Assembly (NCBI GenBank): GCA_964409875.1
Contig: CAYPEN010000003.1
Location: 128,557 to 192,556 of the forward strand
Origin: an uncultured Gammaproteobacteria bacterium
Lineage (GTDB): Bacteria > Patescibacteriota > Microgenomatia > Levybacterales > GWA1-39-11
Direction of reading: 5' to 3'
Length of the DNA: 64,000 nt
A program made the position numbers and the translations under genes. A model generated the notes under the pieces. It did no database searches. It worked only from the letters and a program-made list of their open reading frames with translations, and was not told the DNA's origin. This document shows, one piece after another, positions 8,708-17,284 of this stretch. Within the stretch, counting starts at the first letter, position 1; every line of letters starts with the position of its first letter.

Positions 8708-9439
8708 ATGGAAATACTACTATTTTCATTCTTAACATTTATTTCTACAACGCTAGGTGGCTTTTTTGCTTTGAAAAACAGACGCAAACTGCACTTTATA
8801 ATGAGTTTTACTGCCGGAGTTCTTATCGCCGTTTGCTTTTTTGACATTCTCCCAGAGCTTTTTTCCATACTTGCAATTAATAAGCTCGATCCAACCCCTT
8901 CACTCATAGCGCTTGTTACCGGGTTTTTAGCAATACATATATTGGAAAAAGTTGCGGTAATACATGCGGGGCATGAAGAAGAATATGCCGTACACGATCA
9001 CCGGCATCCGACAGTAGGGATAATTGGTGCGACTGGACTTACTTTTCACAGTCTTATGGACGGCATAGGTATTGGACTCGGATTTCATGTCAACCCGCAT
9101 GTCGGTTTTATTATTGCACTTGCTGTTATAGCGCATGATTTTTCAGACGGGCTTAATGCAGTGACTCTTATGCTTGTCAATAAGAACACAACGAAAAAAG
9201 CGCTCTTATTCCTCTTTTTTGATGCTTTAGCACCTATCCTTGGTGCTTTTGCCACGTTTCTTATTGTTATTCCTAGTGCGGTACTCAATTTGTATCTTGG
9301 ATTCTTTGCCGGATTCCTTCTGTATATTGGGGCAAGCGATTTACTTCCGGAAGCACACAGCAAACACAGCTCCTGGAAAATGCTTGTTTTGACCGTTCTT
9401 GGAGTTCTATTTATTTTCTTAGTAACCCGTTTTACATAA
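8708..9439 (+). CDS. ZIP family metal (zinc) transporter
   Basis: His-rich loop, HSLMDG, AHDFSDG, LLPEAH; multiple TMs. Confidence 0.9.
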   Translation: MEILLFSFLTFISTTLGGFFALKNRRKLHFIMSFTAGVLIAVCFFDILPELFSILAINKLDPTPSLIALVTGFLAIHILEKVAVIHAGHEEEYAVHDHRHPTVGIIGATGLTFHSLMDGIGIGLGFHVNPHVGFIIALAVIAHDFSDGLNAVTLMLVNKNTTKKALLFLFFDALAPILGAFATFLIVIPSAVLNLYLGFFAGFLLYIGASDLLPEAHSKHSSWKMLVLTVLGVLFIFLVTRFT

Positions 9440-9478
9440 TAGTTTGAAAGTTAAAAGCGTGTACCCTACAATTCAATT

Positions 9479-10402
9479 ATGAAAAAACTTTGGATATTTG
9501 TAGTGCTTGTTTTGTCTATTGTGGGCTTCGTAGGCTTAACAACTCAGGGCAGGCAACTTTTTGACAAGATAATATATTATTCTCCGTGCGATACACCGAT
9601 AACATATTCCATAGGGACAATTGATAAAAGGTTCAATGTTACCCCCGAAGAACTTCTGACGGATGCAAAAGCTGCAACAAACATCTGGAATGCAACGCAA
9701 AATAAGCAACTTTTCGTATATGATCCAACATCAACATTCACAATAAATATGGTGTATGACTCAAGGCAGGCATTAACAAGTGAAATAACAAAGCTCAATA
9801 GTGACCTCAAACAAAAGCAAGGCGATATCGACCCCAAAATTGCCGCTTTCAAGAAAAAACAGCAGGATTTTGAAGCAAAAGTTAATGATCTCAATAAACA
9901 AGTTCAATATTGGAATAGCCGCGGAGGAGCGCCAAAGGAAGAGTACGATAAGCTTATCTCCCAACAAAAAGCACTTCAGGCAGAAGCCGGGAGTCTTAAT
10001 GAAGAAGCTCAGAGCTTGGGTCAATCTACTCAGGAATACAATTTGAATGCTCAGAAGTTGAACCAAACAATAGATAATTACAAGCAGGTTCTGCAGTATA
10101 GACCAGAGGAGGGGCTTTATGAGCAAGAAGGGGCGAAGCGGAAAATCAGTATTTATATTGACATTTCAAAAGATGAGTTTTTGCACACGCTGACGCATGA
10201 ATTCGGACATGCCTTGGGACTTGACCACAATAATGACGAAAAGTCCATTATGTATCCGCAGACAACAACAATACTTACGCCAACTAGTACCGAAATTGCT
10301 GAATTAAGTAATATATGTAAAAAAAGGACGGTATTTGAGGTGGCTGTTATGAGAATAAAAGAATTAATGCAAATACTTCAGGAGCGGATGAAAACTCAAT
10401 AA
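9479..10402 (+). CDS. Matrixin-family zinc metalloprotease with coiled-coil insertion
   Basis: HEFGHALGLDH plus SIMYP Met-turn; N-terminal TM. Confidence 0.88.
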   Translation: MKKLWIFVVLVLSIVGFVGLTTQGRQLFDKIIYYSPCDTPITYSIGTIDKRFNVTPEELLTDAKAATNIWNATQNKQLFVYDPTSTFTINMVYDSRQALTSEITKLNSDLKQKQGDIDPKIAAFKKKQQDFEAKVNDLNKQVQYWNSRGGAPKEEYDKLISQQKALQAEAGSLNEEAQSLGQSTQEYNLNAQKLNQTIDNYKQVLQYRPEEGLYEQEGAKRKISIYIDISKDEFLHTLTHEFGHALGLDHNNDEKSIMYPQTTTILTPTSTEIAELSNICKKRTVFEVAVMRIKELMQILQERMKTQ

Positions 10403-10408
10403 AAAAAA

Positions 10409-10915
10409 TTAGTTGACGGTGAGTTTACCCGTCATACCCATTGCCCGGTGATTGCCGACAGAACAGTAGTATTCAAAAGTTCCCTTTTTGCCGGCAACAA
10501 ATTGAATTTCCTCTGTTTGGCCAGTGGGAAGAGTTTTTGATTTTACGTTGAATTCGTCGAGAACAAAGTCATGAAATCCCTGGCTGTTTTTGAATGTAAT
10601 TTTTACCATGTCTCCCTCATTGACACTCATTGTATTGGGCGCAAATTTGAAGTTGGAAGCGTCAATCTCGAAAGTTTTTACTGTTCCTTCAGCCTTTTCC
10701 TCAGCTTTTGAACCTTCCTGCATTGCAGCTGATGGCGACGGTTGCATGGTTTGAGATTGGGTAGGAGTAACTGTTTGAGCTGCTTTTTTAGCGTTCTTCC
10801 GGTAGACAAAAAGCACAACTCCAAGAAGAACGATTACTAAAAGGATTATTCCTCCTATCATCATGGGGGACATGCCTTTTTTTGCGGAGGTTGCTTCTGT
10901 GTTTTCCATTTCCAT
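10409..10915 (-). CDS. Membrane-anchored cupredoxin (plastocyanin/azurin-like)
   Basis: H..., YYCSVGNHRAMGM type-1 copper ligands. Confidence 0.88.
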   Translation of the reverse strand: MEMENTEATSAKKGMSPMMIGGIILLVIVLLGVVLFVYRKNAKKAAQTVTPTQSQTMQPSPSAAMQEGSKAEEKAEGTVKTFEIDASNFKFAPNTMSVNEGDMVKITFKNSQGFHDFVLDEFNVKSKTLPTGQTEEIQFVAGKKGTFEYYCSVGNHRAMGMTGKLTVN

Positions 10916-11151
10916 TACTATGCCACCCACGGCAGGTAAAGTCAAGAAGTTTCATTAAGGATACTGTGGACCTTAGGGTATTCGATCCACGCTAAGCGTG
11001 GTTGCGATAGCAATAAGTTCACCTTTTGGGCATTGTTGTGGACCCGAGGAGAATAAGAACCGTTCGCTTTGCTCAGAACCTTGCCCTTTGCTTTGCAAAG
11101 GGTCGTGCCCTCTCTCGATTATATGCATTCTACTCTTTGCACAATGAAATG

Positions 11152-11223
11152 TGGACCGGAAGAGATTTGAACTCTCAACCCCTTCCATGCCATGGAAGTG
11201 CGCTACCATTGCGCTACCGGCCC
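11152..11223 (-). tRNA. tRNA-Ala(GGC)
   Basis: GGGCCGG/CCGGTCC with G3:U70, A73; anticodon arm CTTCC-ATGGCAT-GGAAG. Confidence 0.94.
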
Positions 11224-11331
11224 AATTATTGTGCAAAAAGCAAGCTTTGCTTACCGGTGAACTACGGGCCCTCGTATTGTTCAAACATTTTACTAAACTT
11301 ACTGCTTGTTTTGAAGTGTTAGAATAGACTC

Positions 11332-12531
11332 ATGCAAATCCCCTTGGCAGAGAGGCTAAGACCCAGAACGCTTGACGAGTTTATCGGGCAAGAGCACTTG
11401 GTTGGAAAAGGAAAGCCAATTCGAACGATGGTTGAGAAGGGGCAGGTTTTTTCGATGATATTTTGGGGACCACCGGGTTGCGGTAAAACGACATTGGCAA
11501 CTGTGATTGCAAATTCCATCGACGCTGAGTTCATTTTCTTCTCCGCAGTGACGTCGGGAGTTGCTGATGTCAGAAATGTTATAAAGCACGCCAGAGCTTT
11601 AAAGGAAGAGAAAGGGAAAACGACCGTTCTTTTCGTCGATGAAATTCACCGGTTCAATAAGGCACAGCAGGATGCATTTTTGCCGCACGTTGAAGATGGC
11701 ACTATTCTTCTTATTGGCGCTACGACCGAAAATCCGGGTTTTCGGGTCAATGCACCACTTTTGTCCCGCTCCCAGTTGTTTGTTCTAAAGCCCCTTAATG
11801 ATGGTGATATCGAAAAGGTGGTAAAACACGCCCTGTCACTTTTTCCGAAGGTCAAAGCAACTGATGAGGCAATTTCGCATATAGTCAAATATTCTAATGG
11901 GGATGCAAGGTTTGCTATCAATGCGGTTGAGGTTGCAGTTTCTCTTTCCAAGAAGCTGGATATTAAAACCGCTGAAGATGCGATGCAAAGGCGAGCAGTT
12001 TATTATGATAAAAAAGGGGATTATCACTACGACACAATTTCTGCCTTCATAAAATCTATGCGTGGAAATGACCCTGACGCGACGCTTCATTATTTAGCCA
12101 GAATGCTAAAGGCGGGGGAGGACCCAATGTTTATTGCGCGCCGTCTCGTTATATTTGCGTCTGAAGACATAGGAAACGCCCAGCCGACAGCTTTGGTGGT
12201 TGCAACAAGCGCAATGCAAGCCGTTCATATGATTGGGCTCCCAGAAGCACAGCTCATCCTAGCCCAAACTGCAACTTTTCTTGCCACCGCCAAAAAAAGT
12301 ATCACCTCAACTGAAGGGCTGTTCTCAGCACTTAATGACATTGAAATAGAGAATCTTCCGGCAATTCCCCTACATTTAAGAAATGCCTCCAATAAAGTAA
12401 TGAAAAATTTAGGGTACGGAGAAGGGCATGTGAGATATGCATGGAGAGAGGAGAAGGCAGGTAAAAAAGTGGAGCAGGAATATTTACCAAAAGAACTCAA
12501 GGGGAAAAAGTACTACCGTCGAGACTGGTAA
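11332..12531 (+). CDS. rarA: Replication-associated recombination protein A (MgsA/RarA AAA+ ATPase)
   Basis: PLAERLRP, GPPGCGKTT, DEIHRFNKAQQD, GATTENP, ASEDIG. Confidence 0.95.
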   Translation: MQIPLAERLRPRTLDEFIGQEHLVGKGKPIRTMVEKGQVFSMIFWGPPGCGKTTLATVIANSIDAEFIFFSAVTSGVADVRNVIKHARALKEEKGKTTVLFVDEIHRFNKAQQDAFLPHVEDGTILLIGATTENPGFRVNAPLLSRSQLFVLKPLNDGDIEKVVKHALSLFPKVKATDEAISHIVKYSNGDARFAINAVEVAVSLSKKLDIKTAEDAMQRRAVYYDKKGDYHYDTISAFIKSMRGNDPDATLHYLARMLKAGEDPMFIARRLVIFASEDIGNAQPTALVVATSAMQAVHMIGLPEAQLILAQTATFLATAKKSITSTEGLFSALNDIEIENLPAIPLHLRNASNKVMKNLGYGEGHVRYAWREEKAGKKVEQEYLPKELKGKKYYRRDW

Positions 12532-12590
12532 GTAGAGCTTGCCAGTTCCCGACCGGTAAGCAGAGCTTGCCAGTTTCCGACTGGTAAGTA
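12523..12590. repeat. 28-bp tandem palindromic repeat, about 2.4 copies, overlapping the rarA stop codon
   Basis: GACYGGTAAGYAGAGCTTGCCAGTTYCC at 12523 and 12551, partial at 12579. Confidence 0.9.
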
Positions 12591-12616
12591 TTCCATTTTT
12601 TCGCTACACTTAAAAA

Positions 12617-13513
12617 ATGTTCGGTGTCAGAATTCTTCAGATTATTTGTGGTCTTCTGCTTTTGGCGATTATTGCATACGTCGGTATCAGCATTTATATC
12701 GCCTCTGTTTTGACAGTTCCAGGCAAGAGTCCGGTTACATATGACAAAACAAATATCGGCCGGGGAGCAGATGTCGTTTTCCGCTCAAAAGATAATTACC
12801 AGCTTGCCGGGTGGTTTTTTCCCGGTACAAATGGCAAAGCCATACTGTTTGTCCATGGTGCAGGAAACCAAAATAGGGCAAATGAGGTATATGGGACGCC
12901 TGAGATAGCTAAATATTTTCTGGATTTAGGATATACGATTTTACTTTTTGATCTTCGGGGAACAGGGGAGTCACAATATTCCAGGATAAGCTTTGGGCAA
13001 TACGAGAGGAATGATGTTGCCGGAGCTTTTGAGTATTTGGTATCCCAAGAATATAAACCGCAAAGTATTGGTATTATTAGCGATTCTTTGGGAGCAATTG
13101 CGACGATAATGGCTTCAGATGAAATTAAAGACGCAGGAGGAATTGTGCTTGATAGCCCTGCTTCTGTTGTCAGGCCGGTAGTGTCAGACATTATGGTAAA
13201 AGAGCATAATGTGCCGTTGTTCCTCCATCCTGGTATTTATTTTGCAGCAAAAACGCTTTACAAAATTGATGTAGACTTTGTGCGTCCTATTGATTACATA
13301 GCTTCACAGAAAGAGACTCCGTTACTTTTCTTGCACGGCACGAATGATACGCTTATTCCTCCTCATAATAGCGAAGAATTGCTTGCTCGCGTGAATAAAG
13401 GAGAGCGGGTGCTTTTCCCTGGCGCAAAGCACGTTGAAACATTCAAAACAAATGCAGATTTGTATAAAAAAACAGTATCGGATTTTTTTGAGAAAAATCT
13501 TAAATCTAACTAA
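12617..13513 (+). CDS. Alpha/beta hydrolase, N-terminally anchored
   Basis: VHG, DLRGTGES, nucleophile elbow DSLGA, HGTND, terminal His. Confidence 0.85.
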   Translation: MFGVRILQIICGLLLLAIIAYVGISIYIASVLTVPGKSPVTYDKTNIGRGADVVFRSKDNYQLAGWFFPGTNGKAILFVHGAGNQNRANEVYGTPEIAKYFLDLGYTILLFDLRGTGESQYSRISFGQYERNDVAGAFEYLVSQEYKPQSIGIISDSLGAIATIMASDEIKDAGGIVLDSPASVVRPVVSDIMVKEHNVPLFLHPGIYFAAKTLYKIDVDFVRPIDYIASQKETPLLFLHGTNDTLIPPHNSEELLARVNKGERVLFPGAKHVETFKTNADLYKKTVSDFFEKNLKSN

Positions 13514-13559
13514 TAATTAATAACTATTAACTATAATCTACTAACTATTAAACTAATCT

Positions 13560-14135
13560 ATGACCGGAAGAACGCATGATTTAGCAGCATTTACTGCAGT
13601 TTCATTTATAGTCGCAACTCAACCTGTTGCACACATGTCTCTTGCAACTGCATTTGTAGCATTTTCGGCCAATATGATAGGCGGTCTTACTCCTGACATT
13701 GACCAGCCTACCGGCGCTTTATGGCACAAAATGACACTGGGGACACTTTTTGGCAAACTGATTTCTCCGCTTTTTGGTGGGCACAGATTCATCTCCCATT
13801 CGATTTTGGGACTAATTCTTTTCGGCGTTTTGTCGAAGTTGTTTTTGATGCTTATTTCAGGAGTGCTTTTGGTAGATATGAACATTGTGTGGTGGGCATT
13901 TATGATAGGGGTTGTTTCTCATTTGGTAACTGACACATTTACCCATGATGGCGTTCCCTGGCTTTTTCCAATACCTCTTCATATAGGAATTCCACCACTA
14001 AAAGCATTGCGCTTCCACACCGGGGGCATAATTGAGAAGGGGATAGTATTTCCAGGACTAATTCTTCTTAATATGTGGATTTTTTACTCTCATCACCAGC
14101 ACATAATTGAGTTTTTGAAGATGGGAATAAAATAG
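13560..14135 (+). CDS. YdjM-like membrane metal-dependent hydrolase
   Basis: TGRTH, PDID, HRFISHS, SHLVTD motifs. Confidence 0.88.
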   Translation: MTGRTHDLAAFTAVSFIVATQPVAHMSLATAFVAFSANMIGGLTPDIDQPTGALWHKMTLGTLFGKLISPLFGGHRFISHSILGLILFGVLSKLFLMLISGVLLVDMNIVWWAFMIGVVSHLVTDTFTHDGVPWLFPIPLHIGIPPLKALRFHTGGIIEKGIVFPGLILLNMWIFYSHHQHIIEFLKMGIK

Positions 14136-14149
14136 TTTCTGCTTTTTTG

Positions 14150-14230
14150 TGCCTGAGGCGGGACTCGAACCCGCATGAGTTGCCCCACACGCTCTTAAGG
14201 CGTGCGTGTATACCATTCCACCACTCAGGC
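14150..14230 (-). tRNA. tRNA-Leu(TAA)
   Basis: GCCTGAG/CTCAGGC acceptor, anticodon loop CT-TAA-GA, long variable arm. Confidence 0.93.
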
Positions 14231-14257
14231 TAGCTTCATGCATTATATCAGGGAAAA

Positions 14258-15232
14258 CTATCCGTGGGAAGGCGGGGAGACACCCTGACTTTTGAGGCTA
14301 TAGTCTAATAGTTCCATCATTTCTTGCCGTCTGTTTCCACTGTTTAATAATACTGCTATTATTTTATGTCCTTGATAATCCAAATATGTAATAAGGCACA
14401 TTCCCGCTTCGTCAGTAAAACCGGTTTTTACCCCTTTGACTCCAGGGTAGGTTGTTAAAAGATTTGTTTCATTGTAAAGAGTAAATGCTTTGTGTTCAGG
14501 GGTTTGTGGAATAGCATATTCATATGTTGCTGCAATTTTGGCAAATTCGTCTTTTTGCAGTGCATAGCGGGTCAAAACGAGTAGCTCTTTTACCGTACTG
14601 TATTGAACTCCGTCTCCCTGCAGTCCTGACGGATTGGAAAAACGGGTGTTTGTCAGCCCGAGGTCTTCAGCCTTTTTATTCATAAGGTGCAAGAAATCAC
14701 TCCTACCAAATTTACTTCCTTGAGCGATGGATTCAGCCGCATCATTTCCTGAGTTAAGAATTAGGCCGTAAAGTAGTTCTTCCAGCGGTAATTTTTCGCC
14801 CTCTGAAAGCCCCATTGAATCTTCTCCGATAGTAGCTGCCGATTTTGATACCGCTATCTTATCTGCCGGGTTCATGTTTTCAAGTGCAATAACTGCGGTC
14901 ATAATTTTTGTGAGGGATGCGATGGGTAATTTTTCATTGATGTTTTTATCATAGAGCATTGTATCTGTTGCCGTGTCGTAAGCTATGGCAGCTTTTGCAG
15001 TAAGTTCTGGTTTTTTTTGAGAAGAAACTGGTGCATTTAAATTGGGTTGCCAGAAGGCATTAGCCAATGCTTTATGCGTAAATACATCCGAGAGCATTTT
15101 TGGGAGCGGGGATACAATAGAACGGAGCGAGCCAAAACGGTACGAATGACTGTAGGTTGCAAAAGCTAAAATAAAATTTACACTCACAAGAAGCACGAAG
15201 AACCAAAGAAGGAATCTACCGAGAATTTTCAT
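14258..15232 (-). CDS. D-alanyl-D-alanine carboxypeptidase (S11)
   Basis: SLTK, SGN, KTG motifs; N-terminal TM. Confidence 0.92.
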   Translation of the reverse strand: MKILGRFLLWFFVLLVSVNFILAFATYSHSYRFGSLRSIVSPLPKMLSDVFTHKALANAFWQPNLNAPVSSQKKPELTAKAAIAYDTATDTMLYDKNINEKLPIASLTKIMTAVIALENMNPADKIAVSKSAATIGEDSMGLSEGEKLPLEELLYGLILNSGNDAAESIAQGSKFGRSDFLHLMNKKAEDLGLTNTRFSNPSGLQGDGVQYSTVKELLVLTRYALQKDEFAKIAATYEYAIPQTPEHKAFTLYNETNLLTTYPGVKGVKTGFTDEAGMCLITYLDYQGHKIIAVLLNSGNRRQEMMELLDYSLKSQGVSPPSHG

Positions 15233-15295
15233 GCATTTTTTAGTATAGCAATATCGCACTTGAAATGAAATTCACTGTAACGGATAATAGTACCC

Positions 15296-15895
15296 ATGGC
15301 CGAGACTACCAATTATAAAAAACATGCCAACACAAATCCCATACAAAAGGCCTTAATAGGAAATTTCTATAAAAAGTTTTTTAAGATGATAAAACCGTTG
15401 CGGCCCGTATCCATTTTGGATGTGGGGTGCGGGGAAGGATTTACCTTAAAAAAGCTCGAAGAAAAAAAGATTGGGAAAAAAGCCGAAGGAATAGATTATT
15501 CATCGGATGCTATTAAAATAGGCAAAAAAATATATCCTGAATTAACGCTCTCAAAAGGGGATGTCTACGGATTAAAGTATCCCGATAACTCATTTGACCT
15601 TATCATTTGTACGGAAGTGCTTGAGCACCTTGATGACCCGGAAAAAGCAGTACAGGAAATGAAACGGGTAACTTCCAAGTATATTATCTTTTCAGTGCCT
15701 AATGAGCCATTCTTCATTATGGCCAATTTTTTACGCGGGAAATATTTAAAAAATTTTGGTAATCACCCGGAACACATAAACCACTGGACGATGTGGGGGT
15801 TTGAACGATTTTTGCGGTCTCAGGGCCTATCGGTTGTGAAAAGTAAGCATCCCTTTGCCTGGTCACTTGTTTTAGCAAAAAAACAACCCCGATAG
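15296..15895 (+). CDS. Class I SAM-dependent methyltransferase
   Basis: LDVGCGEG, EVLEH motifs. Confidence 0.9.
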   Translation: MAETTNYKKHANTNPIQKALIGNFYKKFFKMIKPLRPVSILDVGCGEGFTLKKLEEKKIGKKAEGIDYSSDAIKIGKKIYPELTLSKGDVYGLKYPDNSFDLIICTEVLEHLDDPEKAVQEMKRVTSKYIIFSVPNEPFFIMANFLRGKYLKNFGNHPEHINHWTMWGFERFLRSQGLSVVKSKHPFAWSLVLAKKQPR

Positions 15896-15907
15896 ACGGG
15901 GTTGTTA
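15883..15907. terminator. Hairpin terminator
   Basis: AACAACCCC-GATAGAC-GGGGTTGTT. Confidence 0.6.
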
Positions 15908-16208
15908 ATCAAGGCAGCCCAAAACTAGTTTCATCATAAAGTCACTATCCCCCGGTGTCAACTATATAAAAACTATATACAGTATGTCTTTCTATATCAT
16001 GAAAATATTGACGCTTCACGGCAGAATTTGAAGCGAAAAAATGAGTACAAAATGTACAGGCAAAATCCTACAAGACTTTTCCTGTTGCAAATCTATTTTT
16101 ATGTTATAATGCAATTAGCTATAGAGGAATAGAAAGCCGCATTTAGCCCCAGATTACTATCGACACATATCTACATTTAATCCCAAATAGAAAGGTGGTG
16201 AACATTAC

Positions 16209-16571
16209 ATGACAAAACTTTACATTGGTAATTTACCTTATACAACAACAGAAGATGAGTTGAAGACCTTATTTGCAGACTACGGAGCAGTTCTTTCGGC
16301 TACACTTATAACCGATAGAGATTCCGGACGAAGCAAAGGATTCGGATTCGTTGAACTCGAGGATGATGCAAAAGCTCAAGAAGCAATTACTGCTCTTGAC
16401 AAGTCAGCCCTTGGGGATAGAACAATTTTTGTTTCAGTAGCTAGACCTCGTGAGGAAAGACCTCAAGGAGGAGGATACGGAGGCGGAAGAGGAGGATTTG
16501 ACAGACGCGGAGGCGGAGGAAGAGGAGGAAGAGACGACAGACGCGGCGGAGGAGACTGGAACAGAAATTAA
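16209..16571 (+). CDS. RRM RNA-binding protein with Gly/Arg-rich tail
   Basis: RNP2 LYIGNL, RNP1 KGFGFVEL, RGG tail; SD GAAAGGTGGTGA. Confidence 0.93.
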   Translation: MTKLYIGNLPYTTTEDELKTLFADYGAVLSATLITDRDSGRSKGFGFVELEDDAKAQEAITALDKSALGDRTIFVSVARPREERPQGGGYGGGRGGFDRRGGGGRGGRDDRRGGGDWNRN

Positions 16572-16573
16572 TT

Positions 16574-16695
16574 AAAGTACCGCAGTGTGTTTGGATATTG
16601 TGCTGAAGTAATTCAGCGAAAGGTTCTGAAAGCTAGGGTGCTCTGCACGCTGGAAATCCTCAGAACGATATTCATTCGCCTGCGGTATTTTTTTT
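16574..16695 (+). other. Multi-stem structured intergenic element (candidate ncRNA/3' UTR or nested hairpin repeat)
   Basis: AAAGTACCGCAG/CTGCGGTATTTT outer stem, four inner helices, T-run. Confidence 0.55.
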
Positions 16696-16709
16696 GAAAA
16701 AAAATAAAG

Positions 16710-17192
16710 CTAGACTGCTTTTTTGCGGAGTTTTGCGACGTAAACTATTTCCTGAATCGTGCCATCCTCAGCTTCAAAATAGTTTTGACCCGAGGTTTGA
16801 GCGTATTCTTGGATATAATTTGATAATTCGTCTTTTGTGTCGGCTAGATTTTCCTTTAACTCATTTAGTTTTTCAACTACGTGCTTTACATCCGGTCTTT
16901 TGAATATCTCCTTTTTTGTATTTCCTTTAACCCGCGCTGCCTCTTTTGCTTTTTCGGCATGGTCCTTATATGTAGCATCATTTTCCAAAACATTGTCTAC
17001 CATTTCTTTGTGTTTTGCTATCTCCTTTTCAATGTTTGAGATTTCTGTAAGATTTGAATTGATTAGGTTTGTGAGCGAAACTACGAGTTCTGCTTGGGTT
17101 TGGGGTTGTGGTGTAACCTGTGTTTCTTCCTGTGCAGTAATTGCAAGTTCACCTTCTACTACGGGTGTTTCTTGCAGCGAATTATCATCCAT
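16710..17192 (-). CDS. Hypothetical coiled-coil protein
   Basis: Long open frame, helical, convergent with the RBP gene. Confidence 0.75.
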   Translation of the reverse strand: MDDNSLQETPVVEGELAITAQEETQVTPQPQTQAELVVSLTNLINSNLTEISNIEKEIAKHKEMVDNVLENDATYKDHAEKAKEAARVKGNTKKEIFKRPDVKHVVEKLNELKENLADTKDELSNYIQEYAQTSGQNYFEAEDGTIQEIVYVAKLRKKAV

Positions 17193-17284
17193 GAGTAACA
17201 ATATATATTAGGAGCCCATTCTCAGTCAAGAGGGGAAACGCCAGATTTAGGTTTTGAATGTATTTTGAGGTATAATGTAAGGGT

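Noticed and set aside
10973-11322. ORFs overlapping tRNA-Ala, and similar antisense or shadow ORFs throughout the track
   Set aside because: They overlap tRNAs or well-supported genes and show no protein motifs
12523-12590. 28-bp palindromic repeats as CRISPR
   Set aside because: No spacers; units are contiguous
13500-13560. TAACTA/AATCTA low-complexity repeats
   Set aside because: Short AT-rich degenerate spacer with no clear period or function
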